Positions 29,274 through 37,805 of a stretch of 64,000 nucleotides of DNA are shown piece by piece. A program made the translations under genes and the position numbers. Below the pieces are notes generated by a model that had not been told where the DNA came from, did no database searches, and was given only the letters and a program-made list of their open reading frames with translations. Numbering within the stretch: the stretch's first letter is position 1; the number at the start of each line of letters is the position of its first letter. Source of the stretch: a virus; the IMG/VR virus record IMGVR_UViG_3300018422_000001, positions 1-64,000 of that record. One strand, 5' to 3'.

Positions 29274-31274
29274 ATGGCCCCTCGAGACGGCGAGATCAGC
29301 GCGGAGCAGCGCATCGAGAGTGTTGCCGGTACGCGCAACACGGTGGTCAAGGCGTACGAGATCGGGCGCGACTACGCCGGGCTCGAGAAGGCCGAGCAAC
29401 AGAGCGAGGCATCCGACGACACGATCATGAGCATCTCGACGGCGTTCGCTCGAGACCAGATCGAGCCGCCGTACAGCCCCGATCACCTCTGCAAGTTGTT
29501 CGAGCACTCGGCATCACTACGGCAGAACGTCGACGCGTACATGACGAACATCGACGGGTTTGGACACACGTTCGACCCGGTGATCCAACTCAAAGAAGCC
29601 GCGGGCCGCGACATGGTGCGCGACGCGATCTTCATCGAGCGATACGAGGCCGCGCACAACCCACCGGCTCGGAAACCGGGCGAGCCCGTGCAGCCGGCTC
29701 CGGAAGTACTGATGCCGACCGATGCCGACATCGAGGCTCGGATCGATCAACTGCGAGCACAGATGCGAATGGAGCGCGCGCGAGTCGAGAGCTTCTTCTC
29801 GTACTGCGTCGCAGAAGAGAGTTTCACGAGCCTCCGGCGCCGCACTCGCCAAGACATCGAGGTCACCGGGAACGGCTATTGGGAAGTGATCCGCAACGGC
29901 GTCGGCGAGATCTCGCAGTTCGTTTACATCCCGTCGCGGTCGATGCGCGTGACCTCGAAAAAGCCGCACTCGGTCGAGGTGCCGCAGCTCGTGCGATTCG
30001 GTTCGCTTGCTCATCGCAAAGAAACGTTTCGCCGCAAGTTTCGCCGCTACCTGCAGACGGGCGGTGATCATCCGATCTGGTTCAAAGAGTTCGGCGACCC
30101 TCAAATACTCAGCTCGAGGACGGGCAAGTCATACGACACGCTCGAGCTTCTGCAGGCTACAGAACACGGCGTCCCGGAAGCGACCGAGGTGTTCCACTTC
30201 AAGATTCACGCGCTCACGACGAGCGCATACGGCGTGCCGAGATGGATCGGGAACCTGCTCTCGGTGCTCGGCTCGCGAGCCGCCGAAGAAGTGAACCTCG
30301 CTTACTTCGACAACAAAGCGATCCCGCCGATGGCGATCCTCGTGAGCGGCGGGCGACTCGGCGAAGAGTCGGTCAAGCGCATCGAGGATTTCGTCGAGGT
30401 CCAGATCAAGGGCCGCAAAAACTTTCACAAGATCCTCGTGATCGAAGCGGAGACGACCGCGGGCGCGATCGGTCTCGGCAACGAGAACGCCGGGCACATG
30501 CGCGTCGAGATCAAGACGCTGACCGACGCGCAACTCAAGGACGGCCTGTTCCTCGCTTACGACAGCGCGAACATGGACAAGGTCGGTATGGGCTTCCGGC
30601 TGCCGCGGTTGCTGCGCGGCGACATTCGCGACTTCAATCGCGCGAGTGCCGAAGCCGCTCTCGACTTCGCTGAAAGCCAAGTGTTCGGGCCCGAGCGCAA
30701 CGACTTCGATTTCGCGATGAATCGCCACGTGCTCCCAGCGCTCGGGATCCACCACTGGCAATTCAAAAGCAACGGCCCGCGCCTCTCGGACTCGCAGAGT
30801 TGGGGCGACATGATCGTCAAGCTCACGGTCGCTGGCATCCTGACGCCAGAGGATGCGCGCGCGCTTACCGGGACGAAGGTTCTCTCGCAAGAGCTACCCC
30901 TCATCTCGGCCGACTGGATCCGTCAACCGTTGCCTCTGACGATCGCAGGTGTGCAGCTCGACACGTCGCTCGACAACAACATCCCGCTAGCCGCGGCAGA
31001 GGGCGCAGGCGGCGCTGGGTTGCCCGATACGACCACGGGACCGACGCCAGCACCGGGCCTCGTCTCGGCTGCCAAGGGGCGGTTGCTAGCGCGCGCCAAA
31101 GACCTGATCCGGTTGCGCGATGCGTTCCGCAAACAAGAGACCGCTCAGGCGGTGGCCACACACAAGAAGCTGCAGGCTGCGGCCGATGCTGAGACCGACG
31201 AAGACGAGATCGTCATACGCATGACGGCCGAAGAGCTGGCGACGAATTTCGGGATCACGCGCAAAGAGACATGA
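29274..31274 (+). CDS. portal protein
   Basis: 666 aa ORF directly upstream of and ATGA-coupled to a MuF-like gene. Size, position and acidic C-terminus are typical of portals. Confidence 0.75.
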   Translation: MAPRDGEISAEQRIESVAGTRNTVVKAYEIGRDYAGLEKAEQQSEASDDTIMSISTAFARDQIEPPYSPDHLCKLFEHSASLRQNVDAYMTNIDGFGHTFDPVIQLKEAAGRDMVRDAIFIERYEAAHNPPARKPGEPVQPAPEVLMPTDADIEARIDQLRAQMRMERARVESFFSYCVAEESFTSLRRRTRQDIEVTGNGYWEVIRNGVGEISQFVYIPSRSMRVTSKKPHSVEVPQLVRFGSLAHRKETFRRKFRRYLQTGGDHPIWFKEFGDPQILSSRTGKSYDTLELLQATEHGVPEATEVFHFKIHALTTSAYGVPRWIGNLLSVLGSRAAEEVNLAYFDNKAIPPMAILVSGGRLGEESVKRIEDFVEVQIKGRKNFHKILVIEAETTAGAIGLGNENAGHMRVEIKTLTDAQLKDGLFLAYDSANMDKVGMGFRLPRLLRGDIRDFNRASAEAALDFAESQVFGPERNDFDFAMNRHVLPALGIHHWQFKSNGPRLSDSQSWGDMIVKLTVAGILTPEDARALTGTKVLSQELPLISADWIRQPLPLTIAGVQLDTSLDNNIPLAAAEGAGGAGLPDTTTGPTPAPGLVSAAKGRLLARAKDLIRLRDAFRKQETAQAVATHKKLQAAADAETDEDEIVIRMTAEELATNFGITRKET

Positions 31275-33532
31275 ACATCTGGTCGCGCGGCGTGGCGGCA
31301 GCCGAGGATCTCGCGACCGAGCTGCTCGGCGTGAGCGTGCACAAGGCGGTCGACCCGCTCGACCCGGACGGCTTCGTCGTGATCGGCGATCGGGTCGCGG
31401 CTGCCCTACGCAAAGCGGTCCGGGGCGGGGAAGCCGACGTGGTTCGAGGCGCGCTCGATGCGCTCAACATCGATTGGAACAAGGCTTCTCCGAACGCTGT
31501 CGACAAGGCGATCGATGCCGCGAAAGCTTCGATCAAAGCGCACTACGAAAAGTTCGTGCTGCCGAAGGTCAACGACACGCTCGAGTTGCAGGGCCCGATC
31601 CTGATGAAGGGCGTCAAGAGGGCCGTGATCGCCCGCGAGAAGATCGAGATCGCCCCGATGCTCTCGCTGCGCGACGAGGGCGCCGAGACCGCGATCCGAC
31701 GGCAGCACGTCAACTTCATTCGTGACAGCGCGGGCAAGCGGCTCGAGAGGATGAGTGAAGAAGCCCGCGGCATCGTCGCTCGAGGCTTTTCGGAGGGCCT
31801 CGGTCGCAACGTCATCGGGCGAGACCTCAAAGACCATTTCACCGACCGCATCGTGCGGCCCGACTCGTATTGGAACGTCGTCGCGAGCGCATACATCGGC
31901 CGAGCGCGATCGACGTCGCAGGTCTACGCGTACGAGGATGCAGGGATCCAGACGTTCGAGGTCGTCGCGGTGCTCGACGAGGTGACGACCGATCAGTGCC
32001 GTTTCATGGACGGGCAGGTGTTCACGATCCGATCGGCTCGACAGATCCTCGATGTGGTCGAAGACATCGAGGATCCCGAGGACGTCGTGCTCGCGAATCC
32101 GTGGATCCGAAAGGGTCGCGATCCGTCGGGCGGTATGCGGCTCTTCGTGCCGACGAAGGGCGGGGGAACAGAAACGCTGGCGAAGATCGATCGCAGCGGT
32201 CTCGGCAAGCTCGACGACAAGGGCTCGTTCTCGGGCGGCAAGAGTGCTGCCGGTCTGAGCAAGCTCGGTGTCTCGATGCCGCCCTATCACGGGCTCTGCC
32301 GCACGACGATCGTTGCTGGCGCAGAGATGTCGGAAGAGAAGCCGGTGCGCGCGCCGAGAGCGAAGCCTGCGCCGAAGCCCGAGCCGAAGCCCGAGCCGAA
32401 GCCCGAGCCGAAACCAGAGACACCGTTCAGCCCGCTCGAGGTTGAACCGATCCCATCGTATCCGACTCAGCTGCGTCTACCGATGAGACTAACGCCGCCT
32501 GCGAAGCCGGTGATTGTTCCGCCTGTCGTCGCAGAACCGAAACCGAAAAAGCCTCGAGCGCCTCGCAAGAAGCCTGCAGCCGACGCGCCGGTTGCTGCGA
32601 AGCCGGCTCCGGTGACAGCGTTGCCTGCTGAGTCAGCTTGGATGCAGGAGCCGACACTCGATGTCGTGTTCGATGACGACGCGCCTGGCGGTGGTGTGAA
32701 CGGCGCGCGGCTACTCTCGGTGAGAGACGCAAAAGCAACCGGATATGCGCATGCTCTACAAGGTGTTTGGAAGCCGATATCGACAGAGAGCTATGGTCTG
32801 CGCACGGGCATTGAGGCGGGCTCGTACTATCAACGCGAAGCTGCAATGTTCGAGTTGGATTCACTTCTTGAAGGCAAGCCCGTTGTGCCGCCCACCATCG
32901 TGCGAGAGCACAAGGGCGAAAAGGGCAGCTTTCAACAGTTCGTCAGTAACGCTACGTCTACAGTAAAGATCCGCGCCTCTGAGCTGCAACAGGCGAGCGA
33001 GCGTCATCTTCAGACAGAGCCCTCGTTGCGGCGATTGTTTCTGCTCGACGTGATCGCAGCGAACGACGATCGACACGTTGGCAACACGCTCTGGACCGGG
33101 AGAGGCAACAACATGAAAGCGGTCGCAATCGACAACGGGCTGACGTTCCCAAAGAGGCCGTGTCGATTCCTCTTTGCCGTGCCGGATCCGAAGGTCGCAG
33201 ATGCGCTAATGAAGTTCGACGCGACGAGTCTCGAGCAACTCAAGTCATTGAAGCTCGAGGACGTCGCGGCGATTCTGCACAAGCAACCCGACATTTTGGA
33301 AGAGCAGATCGCGGCAACTCTCGGCCGGATCAAGTCACTGCAGAACGATCACGCTCAATTCGAAAAGTTTATCCCGAAACCGGGCACGTACGGGGCTAAC
33401 AGAGTCGACGAACGCCAAACCGAAATTCATCGCTGGCTCGGCAAGCATACGACCGAGCGAGTCATGGACGGTGAGATCACCGAAGACGAGAAGCTCGAGA
33501 TCTACAAGCTCGCGAAACGGGCGATCGACTAG
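31271..33532 (+). CDS. MuF/SPP1 gp7-like head morphogenesis protein fused to a PI3K/PI4K-like (HipA-related) kinase domain
   Basis: MuF motif AVLDEVTTDQCRFMDGQVF. (KPEP)n and Pro-rich linker. C-terminal LFLLDVIAANDDRHVGN...AVAIDNGLTFP (DRHxxN catalytic loop and IDxG). Confidence 0.7.
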   Translation: MNIWSRGVAAAEDLATELLGVSVHKAVDPLDPDGFVVIGDRVAAALRKAVRGGEADVVRGALDALNIDWNKASPNAVDKAIDAAKASIKAHYEKFVLPKVNDTLELQGPILMKGVKRAVIAREKIEIAPMLSLRDEGAETAIRRQHVNFIRDSAGKRLERMSEEARGIVARGFSEGLGRNVIGRDLKDHFTDRIVRPDSYWNVVASAYIGRARSTSQVYAYEDAGIQTFEVVAVLDEVTTDQCRFMDGQVFTIRSARQILDVVEDIEDPEDVVLANPWIRKGRDPSGGMRLFVPTKGGGTETLAKIDRSGLGKLDDKGSFSGGKSAAGLSKLGVSMPPYHGLCRTTIVAGAEMSEEKPVRAPRAKPAPKPEPKPEPKPEPKPETPFSPLEVEPIPSYPTQLRLPMRLTPPAKPVIVPPVVAEPKPKKPRAPRKKPAADAPVAAKPAPVTALPAESAWMQEPTLDVVFDDDAPGGGVNGARLLSVRDAKATGYAHALQGVWKPISTESYGLRTGIEAGSYYQREAAMFELDSLLEGKPVVPPTIVREHKGEKGSFQQFVSNATSTVKIRASELQQASERHLQTEPSLRRLFLLDVIAANDDRHVGNTLWTGRGNNMKAVAIDNGLTFPKRPCRFLFAVPDPKVADALMKFDATSLEQLKSLKLEDVAAILHKQPDILEEQIAATLGRIKSLQNDHAQFEKFIPKPGTYGANRVDERQTEIHRWLGKHTTERVMDGEITEDEKLEIYKLAKRAID

Positions 33533-33783
33533 TCTTCGACGGTCTCGATGCGAAAGAACGTCCCGATCAGCTTGTCGAGGGCGTCGTAATACTTCTGCCC
33601 GTCTGTCGGTTTGAAGACACCGGCGCTCGTTGCCATCGTGCCGAGCATGCCGCTAAACATCAGCGCTTGATCGGGCTCGAGGTACTCGATCACGACCTTG
33701 TCTGCATCCTTGTCGAGAGTGAATGTGCAGATCGTCACCTCATCTTCGAGGTCGTCTGGCGAAGCGGCAACTAGGCGTTTCAT
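33529..33783 (-). CDS. small acidic protein (84 aa), convergent with the MuF-kinase gene
   Basis: ORF track. Box B-like motif 41 nt upstream of its ATG. Confidence 0.55.
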   Translation of the reverse strand: MKRLVAASPDDLEDEVTICTFTLDKDADKVVIEYLEPDQALMFSGMLGTMATSAGVFKPTDGQKYYDALDKLIGTFFRIETVED

Positions 33784-33823
33784 GGGCAGGGCCTTTCACA
33801 GGTTCTCAGGACAAGTGTGCTGC

Positions 33824-33840
33824 ATCCGGGACACTAACGC
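33824..33840 (-). promoter_or_regulatory. Box B motif copy 4 (ATCCGGGACACTAACGC)
   Basis: One mismatch to the other copies. Confidence 0.5.
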
Positions 33841-33933
33841 AATGCGAATCTCGAGTGTACACGCTGCGCTAATGTAGGCGAGGACTGCGGCGAGAAATCG
33901 ACAGCGAGTGCACGAGCCCGGTAGGGCTTTCGT

Positions 33934-34233
33934 ATGCCCGGTGAACTGATCGAGTTGTTCGTCGACAAGTCGCTCGCTCGTCGAGTGCTGACGAAGGTCC
34001 AAGACGTGATCATGACCTCGTTCGTCGACGATCGCTCTCGCATCACTCGAGCCGAGACCGTTCGTCGATTCAAGATCGTCGAGACCCTGTTCCGCGAGTT
34101 GCGGGCAGAGGGTTGGCCGCATCAGCGCATCCTCGATGTGATGCCGGAAGCGTTGCGACACAAGCTCGACGGCACGCCTTGGGAGCCAGACTTCACTCGC
34201 AACGTCTGGCAACCGAGCGGCAATCGCGGGTGA
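33934..34233 (+). CDS. hypothetical protein (99 aa)
   Basis: ORF track. Confidence 0.5.
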   Translation: MPGELIELFVDKSLARRVLTKVQDVIMTSFVDDRSRITRAETVRRFKIVETLFRELRAEGWPHQRILDVMPEALRHKLDGTPWEPDFTRNVWQPSGNRG

Positions 34234-34304
34234 GCTAGACGCGTCACAAGTTGCGCCGGTCGCTCGAACGAGCATCTACTTGCCGGCTAAGGGAGCCCGA
34301 CAGA

Positions 34305-35066
34305 ATGCCGACCTTCGCAGAGCAGATCGCCGCTACGAATGCCAAACTCGACGCACTGATTGCCGGGCCGCCGCCGCCCGCGCCGCCCGCGCCCGAAGAG
34401 TTGAAACTCACCCCTGCAGAGGCACTCGCGACGATCACGGCAGAGTTGAGCAAGAGCGACACGACTCCAGATCGCGCGACCTACCTCAAGTCAGTGCTCG
34501 CGGAGATCGCGAAGTCTCATTGGGAAGCGACCTCGTTCATTCAGCTCAAAGTGTTGCACGATCCGCTGTTGCAGGTCGCGACGACGACGGTTACCCCGGT
34601 TGCGAATGCGAGCACGGGCCCGGCTGCAACCGGCTTCTCGAGCAACGAGCCGTTGACCGGTATGGCCAAGGCTCAAGAGATGCAGAAGCTGATCGTCGAC
34701 CGCGATGCGCTCAAAAAGGCGATCGCGAAGTCGCGGCTCACCGACAAGATGGCCGAGATCAAGACCGTCTTTCAGATCGCGGACACTGAGTTGGAGACCG
34801 AGTACGACCTGCGATGGAAGATCGGCGACATCGTCGACATGTTGCAGAAGGCGATCAAGCTCGAGCAGTTCGTCGGTGACCCGATGCTCGCGCCGGTCGC
34901 GGCGCCGTATGCGCCTCCGGGCACGACGCCCCCGACACCGACGAGTTTCACTGCAAACGACAAGTCGCCATGGCCCGCCGACATGGCGAAAGCCAAGTTC
35001 GACGACAAGGAAGGTCTCTTCAAGGCGGACCTTCCTTCGTGGGGTCGCGACGGCGAGAAAGCCTAG
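34305..35066 (+). CDS. hypothetical head-module protein (Pro-rich, coiled)
   Basis: GGGAG before ATG 34305. Lies between MuF and the protease. Confidence 0.5.
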   Translation: MPTFAEQIAATNAKLDALIAGPPPPAPPAPEELKLTPAEALATITAELSKSDTTPDRATYLKSVLAEIAKSHWEATSFIQLKVLHDPLLQVATTTVTPVANASTGPAATGFSSNEPLTGMAKAQEMQKLIVDRDALKKAIAKSRLTDKMAEIKTVFQIADTELETEYDLRWKIGDIVDMLQKAIKLEQFVGDPMLAPVAAPYAPPGTTPPTPTSFTANDKSPWPADMAKAKFDDKEGLFKADLPSWGRDGEKA

Positions 35067-35812
35067 TGCCAGAGGCAACGTTCAAGTCGGCGATCGCGGG
35101 TGCTCTCGCTCTGATTCCAGAGGGCCCCGATACGGTCGTAATCGACGGCGGCGACGAAGCCGGCGACGTCACGACGCTGATCGCGACGGCACAGCAGTCC
35201 GGCTCATCGTGGGTCGTCGAGATCCCGCAAGTGGGCTCGATGCTCGAGGCGCTGTCGAAGCAAGAGAACCTCTCGGTGTTCTACATCGAGGCGTTGCCGG
35301 GCAGTCTCTTCGTGACGTGTGAGCCGCTCGCGGCGGGCCGCAGTAGCGTGATCATGAGCAAGGGCGTGATCGGCTACACCGCGCCCGAGCCGCCGCCCGA
35401 GATCAAGCCGGGGCACGAGCCAACGCACAAGCGGATCACCAAGTTGCTCAAGACTGCAGAGGAACGCTACGTGCTCGGTGTCGTGCTTGTGCCCGAGCAC
35501 AAGGACTCGCAAGGCGACATCTACTCGCACGACGAAGTTCGCAACGCGGCACACGTGTACATGGAGAAGGCTCAGGCACTCGGCAAGCAACACGGCGAGA
35601 TCGTCACGGGTAAGCTCAAGATCCTCGAGAGCTACGTTGCACCGGTCGACTTCGTGCTCGAGGCAGAGACCATCACGAAGGGGACATGGATTCTCGGTAT
35701 CCGAGTGGTCGATGACGACCTCTGGACCGAGGTCAAAAAGGGGAGCTTCACTGGCTTCTCAATCGGCGGCGAGGCGTACCGCACACCCGAGACGCCCGCG
35801 GCGCGCGGGTAG
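35066..35812 (+). CDS. XkdF-type prohead serine protease-like protein
   Basis: ERYVLGVVLVPEHKDSQGDIYSHDEVRNAAHVYMEK ... GFSIGG. GTG 35066 overlaps the upstream TAG. Confidence 0.65.
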   Translation: MPEATFKSAIAGALALIPEGPDTVVIDGGDEAGDVTTLIATAQQSGSSWVVEIPQVGSMLEALSKQENLSVFYIEALPGSLFVTCEPLAAGRSSVIMSKGVIGYTAPEPPPEIKPGHEPTHKRITKLLKTAEERYVLGVVLVPEHKDSQGDIYSHDEVRNAAHVYMEKAQALGKQHGEIVTGKLKILESYVAPVDFVLEAETITKGTWILGIRVVDDDLWTEVKKGSFTGFSIGGEAYRTPETPAARG

Positions 35813-35871
35813 TTTCATTGCGGTGCGGATCCGCACTCAGTTACGTTGATCGACAAGAGGGCTGAAACCGT

Positions 35872-36720
35872 ATGACACACCGACAGCGAGTGCGGGTCCG
35901 CAAAGAAGAGCCGGCTGCAGGCGCGACAACTCGATTGACGGAGATCGTCGTCAACGAAGTCTCAATCGTCGATCGCGCTGCGAATCAGCGAAAGTTCCTC
36001 GTCGTCAAGGCGGATCCGCCCGCGCCGCCCGCGCCGCCCGCGCCGCCCGCGGCAACACCGCCTGCGGCTGCGATCCAGATGTCGCCAGAGTTCAAGGCGA
36101 CTGTGGCTCAGGTGCTCAAGAGTGCGAGCGAAAAGATCGCGCTCATCTCGAAGGCTCTCGAAGGCGCAGTCGAGACTCCCGGAGCGCCGCCGCCGCCCGA
36201 GCTAGTGCAGCAGATGGTCGCGATCGGCGGGCTCTTCGCAGCCAAGCCTGCGGCGCCCGCGGGCCCTCCGCCGCCCGCGCCAGCTGCCGCGCCGACCTTC
36301 AAAGCTGGTCGGAAGATCAGCGCGGCTCGTCTGGCGCAACTCAACGCCGCGAAGCAGGCGATCGACAGCGTGATCAACGACGCGGGCGCTGCAGCCGACG
36401 GCGACGAAGACGACGACACCGATGGCGACGAGCCTTCGAAGACCTCGAAGAGCGACGAAGCTGTTCCGTCCGTAGAGCCGAGCGCTGAGATCACTGCGAT
36501 CCAGGCGGCGATCGCATCACTCGCTGCGAGCATGGAGAAGATGACGCTCGTTTTCGACGGGCAGAATAGCCGCCTCGACTCGCTCGCGAAGTCGCGCGGC
36601 GAGAGCCGACAGGTCGACATCGACAAGGCCGGCATCACCAAGCCCCCCAAGCCCGTAGTGTGGGGCATGGACATGAACAAGCCGCTTCCGACCGACGCGC
36701 CGTCCGAGCGCAGCTTCTAA
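35872..36720 (+). CDS. putative head scaffolding protein
   Basis: Located between protease and capsid. EVSIVDRAANQRKFLVVK, PPAPPAPPAPPA linker, Ala/Glu-rich helical remainder. Confidence 0.55.
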   Translation: MTHRQRVRVRKEEPAAGATTRLTEIVVNEVSIVDRAANQRKFLVVKADPPAPPAPPAPPAATPPAAAIQMSPEFKATVAQVLKSASEKIALISKALEGAVETPGAPPPPELVQQMVAIGGLFAAKPAAPAGPPPPAPAAAPTFKAGRKISAARLAQLNAAKQAIDSVINDAGAAADGDEDDDTDGDEPSKTSKSDEAVPSVEPSAEITAIQAAIASLAASMEKMTLVFDGQNSRLDSLAKSRGESRQVDIDKAGITKPPKPVVWGMDMNKPLPTDAPSERSF

Positions 36721-36784
36721 AACCCCGAACCTGACCGATCACCGTTTGACGGGCGACCCGACCGGGCGCTCTTTGGAGATTTCC

Positions 36785-37720
36785 GTGCAAGCAAACAAGA
36801 CGATCCTCGAGAAGGCCGACATGGCTCTAGGTGACCTGACGGCCGGAGGGTTGCTCTTGCCGGCTCAGGCTCAGAAGTTCATTCGCATCCTCATCGACGA
36901 AGGCAAGCTGATGAAGCTTGCGACAGTCACGCCGATGAAGTCGCACACGCAGGAGATCAACAAGATCAAATTCGGCACGCGCGTGTTGCGCGCCGGGCAA
37001 GAGAACACGGCTCTGCTCGCTGCAGAGCGCGCGAAGCCGACGACGAGCAAGGTCTCGCTCGTCGCGAAGCTCTTCAAGGGGCAGGTCAATCTGACCTACG
37101 AAGTGCTCGAGGACTCGATCGAGCAAGAGACGCTCAAGACGACGATCATGCAGTTGATGGGCGAAGCCATCGCGCGTGACATCGACGAGATTCTCGTGCG
37201 CGGCGACACGACTCTGGTTGCCGATCCGTTCCTCGCGCAGTTCGACGGCGTGCTCAAGCAAGCCGTGAGCAACATCGTCGATGCGTCGCAGACGCCTCTC
37301 ACGAAGACGATTCTGCGCGACATGATCAAGGCGATGCCGAGCGCGTTCCTGCGCAATAAACAGGACCTGCGATTCCTGACGTCGGTCGATGCCGAGATCG
37401 ACTATCGCGACAGCATCTCGAACCGCATGACCGACAAGGGCGACAAGGCTCTCGACGGTGCGGCTCCGGTCGGCTACTCGGGCATCCCGGTGATCGACGT
37501 GCCGCTGTTCCCCGAGAACCTCGGCGTCGGCACCAACGAGACGGACATCTTGTTGCTCGATCCCAAGAACATCAACGTCGGCATCTGGCGCAACATCCAG
37601 ATCGAGACGGACAAGGACATCGAGGCCGGTCGCGTGATCATCGTCGTGACGATGCGCATGGACATGAAGTTCATCGAAGAGACCGCGGTCGTCAAAGCTG
37701 TCGGCGTGACTGTTTCCTGA
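36785..37720 (+). CDS. major capsid protein (HK97-fold family)
   Basis: GGAG before GTG 36785. About 310 aa. A classical terminator follows. Confidence 0.75.
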   Translation: MQANKTILEKADMALGDLTAGGLLLPAQAQKFIRILIDEGKLMKLATVTPMKSHTQEINKIKFGTRVLRAGQENTALLAAERAKPTTSKVSLVAKLFKGQVNLTYEVLEDSIEQETLKTTIMQLMGEAIARDIDEILVRGDTTLVADPFLAQFDGVLKQAVSNIVDASQTPLTKTILRDMIKAMPSAFLRNKQDLRFLTSVDAEIDYRDSISNRMTDKGDKALDGAAPVGYSGIPVIDVPLFPENLGVGTNETDILLLDPKNINVGIWRNIQIETDKDIEAGRVIIVVTMRMDMKFIEETAVVKAVGVTVS

Positions 37721-37754
37721 ATCTCGGGTAGCGCTCTCAGGCGCGCACCGAGAG

Positions 37755-37792
37755 GGGCCGCCGACCACACGGTTCGGCGGCTCTGTTATTTG
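37755..37792 (+). terminator. rho-independent terminator after the capsid gene
   Basis: GCCGCCGACC-ACAC-GGTTCGGCGGC stem followed by TCTGTTATTT. Confidence 0.7.
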
Positions 37793-37805
37793 AAAGGACC
37801 GAACG

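Noticed and set aside
29099-30067. A 322-aa plus-strand ORF overlapping the portal gene in another frame, and likewise 46337..47017 and 47927..48508 inside the tape measure gene.
   Set aside because: These are Arg/His-rich alternative-frame products of GC-rich coding DNA, and the main frames carry the expected proteins.
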